Assembly (NCBI GenBank): GCA_013265495.1 | Contig: MU058584.1 | Span: forward strand, 1,276,616-1,340,615 | DNA: 64,000 nucleotides | Source: Vicugna vicugna | Taxonomy: Eukaryota | Reading direction: 5' to 3' | Shown here: in pieces, positions 26,301 through 39,712 of the stretch | Numbering within the stretch: the stretch's first letter is position 1 | Layout: each line of letters opens with the position of its first letter | The notes under the pieces: generated by a model | Told to the model about the DNA's origin: nothing | Database searches by the model: none | What the model saw: the letters and a program-made list of their open reading frames with translations, nothing else | Position numbers and translations under genes: made by a program

Positions 26301-26564
26301 TATGTTATTTTGTTTTTATATGTTTTCTTTTCCTTTTTCTACTTGAATGTTTTCCTTGATAATTTTTTTTTTCTTTCTGGTGTAGCATTCCCAAAATACG
26401 TTCTATAGAACAACAGTCCTATTGAGAAGCTCTATAAAAAGTAGTTCTCATAATCAAATAAACTGAGGAGATGCTTCCTCTTGGACATTTACAATTCATA
26501 TTTGTATTTTAAGGGATCTGAGAAGTCCTGCTTAAAATTCCCCAATTCCTAACACATTTTAAAC

Positions 26565-27040
26565 TAAAAGCCCAGATCCTTAACATGGTCTGCGAACTCC
26601 TGCACTCTGGTTCCTACCAACCTCACGTCTCTGTGTCTGACTTGATTGGTTCTGAGAGTGTGCCACATCCCTTCGTGCCTCGGGACTTCACACAAACTGT
26701 TCCTTCTGCCGGGAGTTCTTTTTCCCACTTCTGCACCTGGATAACTCTTCATTCCAGTTCACAAGTCAAACACCGTGCCACCAGGGAAACCTAGACCACA
26801 GATCAGGTCCACATTATATATTCACAAAGCATCCTGCGTTTTTCCTCTGTAGCACTGGTTATAACAATAATAAAATTATTATTTGTATAATACTTTGATT
26901 TACAGTTGTTTTCTTGGCTGGATTGTAAACTCCATAAAAGCCAGACTTGTCTGTTCTGTTCATTAATACAGCCTCAGCATTTGCCTTTTTTCTTAACAAA
27001 TAGTAGGTCCTCTATAAATACGTATGGAATGAATCAAGAA
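26565..27040 (+). mobile_element. L2 3' fragment
   Basis: ctgttccttctgcc...gattgtaaactccat...gtaggtcctctataaata...gaatgaat. Confidence 0.7.
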
Positions 27041-27189
27041 TCCAAGTAATTTCAGTTAACACTGCATTTCCTAAGCTTATTTGACATATCTTTTCCTGAT
27101 ATCCTGTGGAATTAGCATTTGGTCAATAAAACTCTTAGGATCACAGCTCTATGGTGTGTGTGTATATGTGTTGCCAGTAATTACCTTAT

Positions 27190-28150
27190 TCTCTTATTCA
27201 GTAAGAATTTATTATGTGCTAAGCAGCTCAGCTTTTAGAAGCACTGAGGAATCAGCAAAGCTTCTGTGCCCATGTAGTTTACTTTTTGGAGGGGCCAGCA
27301 AACCAATAAATACCTAAAATTAAAAAATAAGTCAAGTGATAATGAATGGTGCAAAGGAAAAAGAATGGAGCAGGATAAGAGGATTGGGGATGGTCCTTTA
27401 ATTTATAAAGGTGGTCCGAGAAGACGTCTTCTGTAAGGCGACATTTGAAGGGAGCCCCAAAACCAGTAAGCAGTGCTGCTACCTGGGAAGGGGCATCCCT
27501 GGTAGAGCAGGCAGCTGGGGCTCGGCGCCTAAGGTGGGGACTCACTTGGCGAAGAGTCGAATACAGTGACAGCAGACGGACTGGCAGGGAGAAGCGGGGT
27601 GAAGAGGCCAGGAAGCTGGGAGGAGGGGTATGAGGTTGTGCCGGACCTTGAAGGTCCTGCTGAGAGCTTTAGGTTTAACTCTGAGCGGGCATAGGACATG
27701 ACACATCTTAGAAACGTCACTGGCTCTCGTGTGGAGAATATCGTAGGAGGAAGGAAACTTGTTAAAAATCTCTTGCAAAAATGTAAGTGAAAGACGTAAC
27801 TAGGTTACAAAACAGGAAGTGGGAGACGGCAGGGTTCTGGATATAGTCAATGTAGAGACACCAGGACTTGCTAATGGCTCCAGGTGGCAGAGGAAGAGAG
27901 GAGTCCACCATCACTGGAGGGACTTTAGGCTTAAGCAACAGGACAAATGGTGTTGTCACTTCCTGAGGCGGAGCAAGACGGAGAATGTAGATTGTGGATG
28001 AGGATATCTGCATTTGGCTTGATCTTGCTATGTTGGAGATGCTTATGAGCGACCAGGAGGACATGTAGATTGGGGAATGGCATGTAGAATCTGAAGTCGA
28101 GGAGAGAGCAGGACTAGAGATACAAATTTGGGAGTCGGCAGCATGTAAGT
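27190..28150 (-). mobile_element. L2 fragment (antisense)
   Basis: Purine-rich antisense L2 (gacatttga, tcactggct, ggactagagatacaaatttgggagtc). Confidence 0.75.
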
Positions 28151-28290
28151 GATGCTTCTCAAACTTTAATGTGCATGTGAATTATGGGGGGATTTTATTA
28201 AACTACAGTTCTGGGGTCTGGGGTGGGTGCCTTTCTAACAGGCCATGTGATACTGATGTTGGTTCCGCACACTTTGGGTAAAAAGGTTGT
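28150..28290. mobile_element. MER5A-like MITE
   Basis: gcttctcaaactttaatgtgcatgtgaatt...ggtctggggtggg...ttctaaca...cacactttg. Confidence 0.7.
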
Positions 28291-31200
28291 TACAGCTGAA
28301 TGTTGGGTATTTTTGTTTGTTTTTTCCCTTTGAGGTTTTTTTTTTTTTCCAAACCAAGAAAATCTCAGTCTCTGTATTTTAATAACAGACTTCATCTTAT
28401 TTAAATTTAACAATAACACTGAATATATTTGGTTTTTAATCTTTCCATTCTACTTTATTTAGCATAATTCAGCATTTTATTTTTTATGTTAGTTGAATCA
28501 AGTTACTACTTATTCATGAAAGTTCTAAAATCATTTTCTGTTCAACTCATGGTGTTTTTCTCTTTCTCAATACCTGCAATTTATTACCTCAACATATCAA
28601 ACATATCAACATATGTTTGATAAGAGCCTGCAATTAGTTGTTGAATTTATTTCTTTACTATTCTTCGAAAGCAAAATGGTAACTGTTTCCTCCTTCCAAG
28701 ATATGATTCCCCCACCCCAATAAAATGGGATCTTTAGACTAATCTATTTTTCTCTCTTTCCCAACAAGGGAATAACTTCATAATCCATTTACCCATCCCC
28801 CAGGCCTATAACCCCCAGGTATTACTGAAGTAGTTTTATGCCTTTAATTTCAAACTATATTTAGGTTTTCACTTGCAGCGTGTGCCTTCTGTTCTAAGGA
28901 TTCTAGCTTCACAGCGATGCTGCTCAATTATTCATTGCTGTCATTCTTCTTCTAGATTTAATTATACATATGGTAAGTTTCATCCCTCACTTCTTTTAAC
29001 TCTCCTTTTTATCTTCCCTTAACTTCTTTCTAGAGATTCATTTATTGCTTAAAGTTCTTTTTATTAATGCCTCTCTCAGGTAGGGTATGAGAGTAGCATG
29101 TTTTCTAAGTCTTTGTGTATCTTTCTCTTATTCTGATTGGTAGATGATTGCTATCTTGGCTGGATATAGAATTCTTGGGTTGCATCTGCTAACTTTCGAA
29201 ACTCAAGACTTACATATCAAGTTTTAGGAAGTGCCTGTGCTTTAATTTGCTTTCCTTAAGTGCTCATGTTGTTACTGTTACTGTTGTTTTCAAATTACGC
29301 TCAAACTGCCATCTCTCTCCTCCAAGAGTTCTTCTTCACCAAGAAGGAGTTTGTGCTGGTTGCTTGACTTGTTATTCCTCTCTTTGGAGATTTGTTTTAT
29401 CCCTTTTCCTTTTATGTCATTGCTCCATTAGATCTTGGGGCTCACTTTCAGCCACTATGCACTCTCCTTGGGGTCAGTGTTGGTAATGAAGTTAAAATAG
29501 TGAGTGATATCTGTCCCTACGGACCAGTAGTGCAATGGCCAGCAAGTCCCCTCTCCATCTCTCAGCTCCAAAGGCTGGTGCTCTTTAAATGTAGATGCCA
29601 GATACTTCTGCAGCTTCTCAGGAGCTGGGGAGACCAGATGGTTCCAGCACCATTTGCTCATGTTTGCTCTGTTCTTTCTCTTGTGAGTTCATTCTGCAGG
29701 AAGACTAAGCTCTGTAAGAGAGAGTAATTGGACAGTTCTACTCCTGACTATGATCATTCACCTCCACATTATCATCAACACCAGGATCCCCACTACAGTG
29801 ATTTTCAATCCAGAGATGGCTTCCAAGAGCCAGATATCATGAGTAATTGTCTAATTTGATTGGGCAAAGTCATCTGATGACATTAAATTATGTCACACAG
29901 CCAGGTGCTCAGGGTTCTAACAGGATATCAGCATAGAATGGAGTTTTTATAAGCTACGTTTCTGAAGGAGTGCTCTGTCAGTTTCTTAGAGATTAAAACC
30001 AAGCAAGCTTTGCTGGTATTGGACTACCTTATCAAACTGAAAAAAGAAAAGAAAAGAAAAGAAAAACCAACCAACAAACAAATCCCCAGAAGTTAACTAA
30101 CTTTTGGACAAACAAATCAACTCTTACCCCTTTTTTCTATTTCTAAATCAGTAGCTAGTAGAATATGATTATTTCTCTTTGCATCTTCAGCAGAAAGACC
30201 TGTATTGAACACCTTGATAGGAAGTTATGGTTAAAACAGTTTTGGAATGAAAAACAATCTTAATTGCCTGGGGAAATTCATGGATTGATTTATTCTGACA
30301 TCAGTTGCACAACACCGACTGAATACCCGCTTTGGGTCAGCTGCAGCGGCTATAGCTGGGGTTCCACATTTATGCCCACCTTCTGGATCCAGTTCCTTAA
30401 TTTGAACAGTTAGGAATGTTGGTATAATTTTGGCTCTCATCACTCAGACTTCATAATTCTTTGTATTTTGTCATTCTTAATATTTATATGACATCTAGTG
30501 AGTGATTTATCTTCCATAGGACCCTATGGTCATTCACATTTGCTGATCACCAGCACATAGGGGGCAATCCACAGATTTATGGCTGCCAATAAAAGTTGTT
30601 ACCAAAAGTACCATTTCTTTTTTTTTCTATGTGCTAATTTCTAATAACTCTTGTGCATGAGAGCAATTACTGACAAAAGTCAGCCTCTGTTAATAGAGTT
30701 TATCACACTTCATCATATATCCTTTGTCGTTGGAAGCATTTTGACAAGCCCAGGGTTAATTAAAACCAAGAAGACAATAAAATACACCTAATCAAACATT
30801 ACAGGTACAGAAATCAATTAGCAGATTTATAGCACTTTGGAGGTTTCCATAATGTATAAAATTCAAAGAAACTGTCCTTTCCATTTTCTCAAGACAGTGT
30901 AATTAAATTTCTAATTGAAACTATTTTTCAGTAGGTAACGTACAATCCACTCAAGTTTGATTTGCTTTAAACTGGGGTCTATGGAGGTTGAAAGAGCCTA
31001 AGAAATTAAAAAGATCATCAAGTCATTTCCATTATTGATGTTTTGTCTACCTGAGAGTTGGGAAAAGTTATACTGTATTAAGAAAACAAAAAAGGAGAAA
31101 AAGTAGTGCTTTGGATGGTAAAGAGAATAAGTGAAGTCCTCTTGTGTACCAAGGAGCTCTGTCTTTCCAGAGAGCAAAACATCAACAAAGGAGAGTGCAT

Positions 31201-32402
31201 GTCTCAGATAATTCACTAGATTTGTCAGCACTGTTAAGTAATAAATCTGACTTACTTGTTTTCTCTAACTTGACTGATTTTTTTTTTTTTGACTGGATAG
31301 ATTGCCATGATTTGTTGCTTTGATATCATGTAGATGTGGCTTTAAATAAATCACATCTTTTTGCAGTTTTATTTCCCACCCAGCTAAGTTAAAAGTGGTA
31401 CTCATCACCGGGCCTGGAACACATTGTCTCAGCGGGGAAGGGGCGGGACAGTCAGGCAGGTCATGTGTGTGTGCTGAATGTCTGCAAGGCTGTGTTCAGC
31501 TCCCTGTGGGCTGACTCACTGAGGGCATTATTTTCCCTCTCTGCCTGGGGTTTCTCCTTTAGCCACTTGTGAGAATTATTAACGAAGTATCTTCCCACCA
31601 GCTAAACATAGAAACGATCCTATTTACCTTCCATTTAAAATTATCCCTGTCTTGAAATTTTTGTACAATTAACATCTGATTAAGGAAAAGGAACTCTTCC
31701 TTTAAGTACCATACCCAAATGTAATTATTATATTAATGACAACAACTCATATTTATTTCCTGAACTCAGAACAAAACCACACTCGTCTTCAGGGTTTTAC
31801 TTTTAAATTGTGAGCAAATCAAAATGAACTATTCCTTTTGTAGGATGATTGTTATAGAACAAACCTCAAGGTCCAAATTAGTCTTTAGATGTTTCTTTTG
31901 ATTTGTGGGGTTGTGCCTGCATAAAGTCAAGAAAAGCCAGATAATCTGAACAATTTCACGGAAAAAAAAATCAGTTGAAACATTTTTGGGGTTAACATAG
32001 ACAAAAGCTAATTAACCGTCGGTTTTTTTTTTTTTTTGGTTAAAAATTAAAACATGCTGATGACAAAGTAAAACGAAAGATCCAAATGTGCGTAAACCAA
32101 TTTTTAATCAGGCAAATGCAAATAAAATCATATTTTCATCAGGCAGATCCTGTGCTTTTTCTTCTTCCCTAATGTCACCTGTTTTCTGGCTAGTTCATTG
32201 TTTTTGAGTGTTAATGGGCATTCAGTGGATATGAAAGAGTTAGGTAATGAACCTGTGGTGGCTGATTGATACAGCAACATGTCCCTAGGTTGAGGATGGT
32301 GCTGTATTCTGGGCTGGCTTTGCTCTGGGTTAGTGGAGGATGCATGAGGAATAAACTAAGTTCAAAATGACATTTTAAAGATGAACTGTCTTTATTTTCC
32401 TA

Positions 32403-32500
32403 CACAGTCATCCCTCGGTATTCATAGGGGATTGGTTCCAGAGACCCCTGGGGATACCAAAATCCGGGGATGCTGAAGTTCCTTTTATAAAAACACATAG
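32403..32500. mobile_element. MER2/Tigger terminal fragment
   Basis: cagtcatccctcggtattcataggggattggttccag...ataccaaaatcc..ggatgct.aagt.cctt.tataaaa. Confidence 0.8.
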
Positions 32501-32519
32501 TACACAGCACCTTTAGAGG

Positions 32520-33845
32520 TTTCTTTAAACCTCCTTTCTCAATTCTTCATTGGCTCTCCTTCTTTCTTCCACTCCTCAATGATGAACATATGTTTAGGAC
32601 TCAGCCCTCAATTCTTATTCTTACCTCCCTACACTCTGTTCATCTGAGAATTCTTTTATTCTGTGGTGTCAACAAACTTTACTTTGCAAGTAACAAGTCT
32701 CTATTTCCTACCGAATCCTTTCTCTTAAGCTTTGATCCTGCTGTACCACCAGCTGCCTAATAGACTTTCTGTTCTGCTTCAGTATTTTCTAAAACCCCCT
32801 AAATGATCATTCCCTTCCCAACTCACTGCTTCTGTTAGTGGTGCCCCCAGTGCCTAAGATGAAGGTTCGATCATCTGATTTCTAAAATAAATAGAAATGT
32901 ATGACAACTCAAACCCAATTAAACTTTTCTCTTTATTTAACAGCACAGGATGGGAAACAAGTCTGCAGGGTGGCCCTTCTCCGTGTTGTCATTTGGGGGC
33001 CCTGAGGCTTGTCTCCACTGCAGCCAGGTAGAAGGGAGAAAGAGAATAAGAGAAGGGAAGATTGCCTGCAGGGGTTTTTAAGCACTGCTTAGTCTCTGAT
33101 CTCTGCGTCATGGCCACACCCATCTGCCAGGGAAACTGGGAAATGTAGTCGAGCAATTTTCCCAGGAAGAAAAATGCAAATGGATTTTGATGTGAAGCCA
33201 TCAGTCCTTGCCGCAACCATCTAAATTTGAAATTGTAGATTTCCACTCTGTTTTATTCCCCCATATCACGTCTAAGACCAAATCCTGCTATATTCTCACT
33301 TAAATGGTCTCTTATTACATGATCCACATGCTCCCAACACTATCGCATGGTCCAGGCTCCCATCACCTCACATCTGGATTACTTTCTCGGTGATCCGCAC
33401 AACTGTAGCCTCTTCTTTAATCCGTCCAACAAGCCCTTTCCACACTCATTTCCCTTATGGACAACGCTCCGTGCTTTATGTCCTAGTTCAAAAATCTTCA
33501 ACAGTTCTCTCGTCTAACAGATCATCGAATGTCTCCTGCCTACCTTTTAAGAATTGATGTAAGTCAGAAACGTCTCTTCCTACATCAGCCAGTCTTGAGC
33601 ACCTATTTTTGCAGGTTTTTGCAGTGTTCTTCTGTAGCACTCAGTTTAGATGTAATATAAACTATCTCTCTTGTATTGTTCAATATCGTTTCATGTATTT
33701 TAGAGCTGTCTTTCCTACTGTGTTGTAAGCTCCTTGAAAAAAAAATATTCTGGTCTTTTTTTTTTTTTTTTTTCCCCCATATAGTCTAGCAAGTTGCTCA
33801 GCACATATAAGTTTGGTTTCCAATGAATATTTGTTGATGAACAGG
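32520..33845 (+). mobile_element. L2 fragments interrupted by an MLT1-like LTR piece (~32880-33225)
   Basis: L2 motifs on both sides, with tail aatatttgttgatgaa. The internal block has catggccacacccatctgccagggaaactgggaaatgtagt (antisense MLT1). Confidence 0.6.
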
Positions 33846-34144
33846 ATAGCTCTGAGAAGGAATTAGTTATTATAGTGATTTTATGAAATTTTTCTCCCTA
33901 AATGTACCAAATGTACTGGCAAATCTTTGTACAAACTGCCATTTCTTCATGGAAATCTATGTTTAATTTTAATTGGTGACAAAGTCTCTCAACATAACTA
34001 AAGATATAAACTAAAGACATTTAAAAGCTTGGAGAAACTAATTTCAATTAATTCTTTCTTTCATCAGTTCAACAATAGTTTAAATTCTGATCCCTGTCCT
34101 GAAGAGATTCAGAGACTGGAAGGGAAGTGAGGATTCATATGCAT

Positions 34145-34782
34145 TGTGTAGGAAGAATTCTAAGTTGGTCCTCCAAATTCCTGCCCCCTGTGTACATGTT
34201 CTGTATAATCCCTTCTTGTGAGTGTGTAGGGGGATCTGTAAATATTATGGGATGACACTTACATAATTATGCTACATTATATTGCAAAAAGAATGGTCTA
34301 GATAGAATTAAAATTCCTTAATCAGTTAATCAAATGGAAGGTTATCTTGGATGGGTCTGACCTAGTCACTGAGCTGCTAAAGAGACAGGAAGCAGCTTTC
34401 CTGAGGGCCTGGGAAAAAGTAAAAGCCATGTTGTGAACTGACTATGGAGGGGACCGCATGGTGAGGACACAAGGGAAGTCCCTGCAAGCCAAGAGAGATG
34501 CCCAGCTGAGAGCCAACAAGAAAGTGGAGACCTCAGTCCTACAACCATAAGTAACTGAATTCTGCTAACAACTCAAATGAGCTGGAAATAAGATCTTGAG
34601 CTCCAGATAAGAATGTAGCCCTGCTGACACCTTGATTTCAGCCTTCTGAAACACTGAGAAGAGATTATGCCATGCTCAGTTCTGTGTGACCCATGGAAAC
34701 TGTAAGAAAATAAATATGTGCTATTTTAAACCATAAATTTTGTGATTATACATTTGTCACACACCAGTTGAAAATGAATACA
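34145..34782 (+). mobile_element. MLT1E-like ERVL-MaLR solo LTR
   Basis: tgtgtaggaagaattctaag...gacctcagtcctacaacca..aactgaattctgc..acaac...gacaccttgatttcagcct...aaaatgaataCA. Confidence 0.85.
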
Positions 34783-35655
34783 TATATGTGCTATAACATC
34801 TTATATAATTACTATGAAATACAGTTTTTTATGAGTTTAATCATTTTGAGATTCTATAAATTTTAATTTTTTTCAGACTTGGTTTAATTACAATACAGCC
34901 ATATATCAAACACAAATACATTTGGACTTGAAAATGCCAATGATATTTACTTCCATTTTCTTGACCTTGAGTCAGTTAACATCCAAATTACCTCAAGGAA
35001 GTATTAGGTTGATATTGCCTGGTCTATTTTAAAAGATTTCTCCAGAAGACAGTTCATCCAGTTATCAGTGTTTTGTTAGTAAGTCGCTCCTTCACTCTTC
35101 CCTACTCTAGCATGCCTGTTGTGCTGATTTAACATTATCTTCTGGATACTCTACTGGGTGAAATATTCCAAGAATCTTTGGAGGATGGCCAAGTAGTCTT
35201 TTTGCTCTTTAAAAAGAAAGTGGTTTAAAGGAAGCTGCTGCTTAGCAAATCCATTACTCCATAGTAAAACAGGCATGTTTCCAAAGTACATTAACAATGC
35301 TAATAAAAAAATTAGCCTGGACTGAAAGAAGAGAAAATGAAGAAGTTGTTTCATCACAGGAGCTCTAGTTGAGATATGTGACCTCTGCTGGCTGACTGAC
35401 CACGTGGAGCTAAGTCTCAGTTTTCTTTTTTTTTTTTTTTTTATTCTTTTTTCCTTTATTGAAGGAATTCCAGGTCTAGTCATTGCACCCCTATATTTTA
35501 ATTTGTATCTCTACCAATATAAATGAATCTCTATAAAAATAAAGCCATATTCTTATGTAACTACAAAACCATTATCATGTGTAGATATATCAGATTATTC
35601 CTGTTTTTCTAATACTCAGTCCATAACCACGTTTCCCCTGATTTTTCCAAATGTG

Positions 35656-36337
35656 TTTTTTTTTTACATTTTTTATTGATTCATAATCATTTTACAGTGT
35701 TGTGTCAAATTCCAGTGTTCAGAACAATTTTTCAGTCATTCATGGACATATACACACTCATTGTCACATTTTTTTTTCTGTGATTTATCATAACATTTTG
35801 TGTATATTTCCCTGTGCTATACAGTGTAATCTTGTTTATCTATTCTACAATTTTGAAATCCCAGTCTATCCCTTCCCACCCTCTACCCCGCCCCCACCGA
35901 TAACCACAAGTCTGTATTCTCTGTCTGTGAGTCTATTTCTGTCCTGTATTTATGCTTTGTTTTTGTTTGCTTGTTTGTTTTTGTTTTTTAGATTCCACAT
36001 ATGAGCGATCTCATATGGTATTTTTCTTTCTCTTTCTGGCTTACTTCACTTAGAATGACATTCTCTAGGAGCATCCATGTTGCTGCAAATGGCATTATGT
36101 CCTAAACAAGCAACTCTCCAAGGAAGACATACAAATGATCAAAAAGCACATGAAAAAATGTTCAATATCACTAATTATCAGAGAAATGCAAATCAAAACT
36201 ACAATGAGGTATCACCTCACACCAGTCAGAATGGCCGTCATTCAAAAATCCAAAAATGACAAATGCTGGAGAGGCTGTGGAGAAAGGGGAACCCTCCTAC
36301 ACTGCTGGTGGGAATGCAGTTTGGTGCAGCCACTATG
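35656..36337 (-). mobile_element. L1 insertion with 5' inversion (antisense 3' end ~35656-36100; sense ORF2 piece ~36101-36337)
   Basis: poly(T) and antisense 3' UTR, then an abrupt switch to sense ORF2 C-terminal coding ([30 protein letters not shown]...[19 protein letters not shown]). Confidence 0.92.
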
Positions 36338-37211
36338 CTATCTCATCAAGTATATTGGTCCAGAAGCTTTGTTGTAAGTGTTCTTCTTTTCCCTCCCGCC
36401 TTCCCTCCCCACCAGATATGTCATTTTCACTTCTGAAAACCTGGAGTGGTACATCCACCCTGAGCAGGCCCTTGAGGTCAGTGTTCTCAGACTAAGAGGG
36501 AAGTTGGGGGAGAGGTCTCAGCATAAAATCAAGGAGTGAAATCAATCCTGGGTCTCAATTACTCGTGTGATAACCTTAGGTTTCTGATGCACATGACACA
36601 ACCTATCCCAGGATTTCTTAGCCACCTGAAATTTAACCCATGTCTTTTGACCTGCTGGGATCAGGATCAGAAGAGTAAGAGGAAAGAAAAGAAAAAGGTA
36701 GGTTTTTGTTTTGTTGTTGTTTTGTTTCGTTCTGTTTTTAGTTCATTCATGTATTCACTCCAAGCTCTGCTGTGCTGTGGGAGAAATTAGATGAAGGGCA
36801 TGCATGGAAGTTTACTGAAGACACTGACCTAACAGTAGAGAACAATCTGGTAAGTTTAAGGCAGTGAAATGAAGATGACCAGGAGTCTGAATACAATGCA
36901 GAAAGCAGGTGATAAGGATCATCAGGAAGAGAACAGAGTGGGCTGAACGAGAGGCAGTGTGGGGTAGCTGAAAGAACACAGGAACAGGGACACCAGACCA
37001 GGGATGTCGGGTGGGGTGTCCCTGGAATCTCAGTGAAATTTGCCTGAGAACTGACTTCAATGCATGAAACAAGTGAATGCTTAACAGCTGGTATCCACAG
37101 ACGAAATCAAAGCCAGAAGAAGGCAAGCTGTCTACCCAGGGGTTACAGAGGGCTGCACGGGAGGGCGTCACCATGGTGATGGACCAACGGTCATGTTCCT
37201 GCAGTGTTTAA

Positions 37212-37450
37212 GGTGGGCTCTGGAGTCAGATGGACTGGCTTTGAGTCCCGGCTTCATAGCTTATTCTCTGAATGACCTTGTGACAGTTACTCGATCTTCC
37301 TGCTTTACAACTTCCTCATCTTTAAAATATCAGTGATGTTCGTGGTGCCCACCTGAGAAGTCAGTTGTATGAATAAGTGAGTTAACACAGGTGATGTGCT
37401 ATTAGTGCCTCCTGGCACAGGGTAAGAGAGCAAAAATGTTAGTTTATTTT
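37212..37450 (+). mobile_element. MIR SINE
   Basis: ggctctggagtcaga...gagtcccggct...tgaccttg...ttcctcatctttaaaat...cctggcaca. Confidence 0.8.
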
Positions 37451-38987
37451 TTGTATTAGTTTTTGCTAGTTAAGGCCACCTCTCTAAATACAGTTTGGAG
37501 GTAAATTTTGAGAATGATTTTCAAGTCTATTCCTTAACCTCTTTTTCGTTAGGGAGCACCATGCCTTAGTTTGTTCCAGACAGATAGTTGAAGAGGAGAA
37601 AAGAGAGGCAGTAAAGCAAAAAGAAACTGGAGGGAAAAGCTCCCATAGTCCTTCTTCAAGAATTTCTTGGGGGGAGGGTCTAATTGTAAAAAAAGGGTCC
37701 ATAAAAATAGTTAGAAGAATGGAGAGCGTGCAGATTGGCCATCTTGCTATATGAAATTTATTGATTCTGTAAACACACTTCTGGTGCCACCCTCCAGTGT
37801 TCCTTGATTTTCCTTATGAAGAATTAGAATTCTGTTCTTTCCTCTCCATCCCAGACTCCAAATGCTCCTTTTTTTTTTTTTCTCATGAAAGCAAAACTCC
37901 TAGGTTACATCCCCCATAACTCCAGCTATGTGAGCAAGCTTTTGTTCCCAGTATTGGCAGCATCTCTCCTCCGTTTGTCCCCCCGCTTGTCTGTGAGTCT
38001 CAGAGCGGCCTTGCTGTGGGAGAGTGCATGGAGCTGGTGGATTCAAGCCATAGGGCTTCTTTTACGAGCCAAGTGCAGAGAAAGGAGCCTTTCACGCTCC
38101 AGCCTCACAGTCAGGTACTCCCTAGTGGGTGTCTCACAAAGCACAGGCCCTCGGGCTCTTCCTTTGGAGTTGGCATTTATTTTCCTGCAGGACCTGCTCC
38201 TGGAGATGGGAGAAGGAAACTGCAGACTCCAATCAGCAGCTCCCTTGGCAACCCCTGCAGGTGAGTTCTCTGCCCGGAGAAGTCACTGGCTTGACCCAGT
38301 CCTCCCTAAAGCCAGCCTGAGTCCTTTATTAGCGAGCGTGAAAAATGCTTCCATCACAGCACCAGATGGTACCCAAACCAATTTGGATTGTCAGCTGCGG
38401 CCCGCTCACTTCCCAGGATTTGGTCTAACATCGGTCTTCTTTCCCTTAGTACCCCTCTAGTCCTAAGAGATGCTCTTGCTGAGATGCTTTTGATGAGAAA
38501 TAATATTTTCTTCTACACGGGACCACCATCATTATTTCTTTGCATCTTCATTAGTTCATTCAACAGGCTTTTACTGAGTGCCTGCTGTGTGCACTAGATG
38601 TTTTCAGGGCCACCAAAGAGAAATCCATTTCTGTTCAACAAATATTAGTCGAGAATGCACTACGTACACACCAAGCATGATAGAGGTCATGGGCACATAC
38701 AGTCAGCAAGATGCAGTACTTGGCTTTAAATAACTCACAGTCGCCATCATGGATGACTAGCCTAGCTGCACAGTGAGTACTGAGGTGGGGCAGGTGACCC
38801 AATGGCTGAAGCACCTTCTTGCATTTTTGCTACTTGAGCCATAAGCCAAAGTCTGTTTGGCAGCCCCTCCTCTCTTCTCCAAGAGAAGTTGGCAATGGCG
38901 TTAATACACCACCTACGTGGAGCTATCGTGGAAGGAGATCATCAGGGAAGGATGCAGGGAAAAGTCAATGACTGGGTCCTTCACCAC

Positions 38988-39145
38988 TTTGCTACCCAGA
39001 CAGCGGGCCAGGAACCATCAGCAGTGTCATCCCCTGGGAGCTTGTTAGAAACGCAAGCCCTACCCTAGACCTGATGGGTTAGAATCTGCAGTTTTAATAA
39101 GATCCACAGGCAACGTACATGCCCCTTAAAGTGTGAGAAGCACTG
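38988..39145. mobile_element. MER5A MITE
   Basis: cagcagtgtcatcccctgggagcttgttagaaa...agaatctgcagttttaataagatcc...aaagtgtgagaagcactg. Confidence 0.8.
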
Positions 39146-39604
39146 TTCCGCTAGTTGTTTGTCCCCCCCACAGGCATTTCAGCAATGGTGGTGGACTCGA
39201 TGAACGAGCACCACATTCATTTTTTCTTAAAATATTTATGAAGTACCAACAACTCCGTACCTGCTGGTTGCATAATCACTTCATGGAGAAGATGGGCAGG
39301 CAATTTCTCACACACAGGCCACCGAGTGTTAGGCCATGCCACTCTGGCCCGAGGGCCACAGGCTGTTGGGCAGGGATCTGGGTCTAAGCCAAAAGTGGTT
39401 GTTGATGGGAAAGAAAACTCACTGCAATAGGGTCGCTTTATATTTTGCATAATTTACCTAGTCAGAAGTATTTCCTTACGGGATTTAAAAAAAAGAAAAA
39501 ACAACCTATACAGAATTGATGTTCGCCATAAGGAGAACCAGAGAGAGTCACAAAAAGAAGCAAGCAGAAACCACTGGTTAAGATTAAATAGGGGAGTGTG
39601 TAAA

Positions 39605-39712
39605 GGAATATATGTTCGAACATGTATGACTGAAACGTGATGCCGCACGCCAGAAACTGACACAGCATTGCAAACTGACTCTACTTCAATAAAAGTAAAG
39701 AAAGATAAAAGA
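39605..39712 (+). mobile_element. Very short L1 3' tail
   Basis: catgtatgactgaa...ccagaaactgacacagcattgcaaactgactctacttcaataaaa followed by an A-rich tail. Confidence 0.8.

Noticed and set aside
20171..32270. Scattered TGATTGAT PBX motifs (20191, 23942, 32263)
   Set aside because: Isolated 8-mers in AT-rich DNA are expected by chance.
36135..36377. 80-aa ORF with clear protein homology
   Set aside because: It is the L1 ORF2 C-terminal fragment of a truncated retrotransposon, not a host gene.
37885..38460. Longest ORF (191 aa) as a single-exon gene
   Set aside because: Leu/Ser-rich with no recognisable domain. Only the internal 70-nt splice-flanked segment was kept as a candidate.
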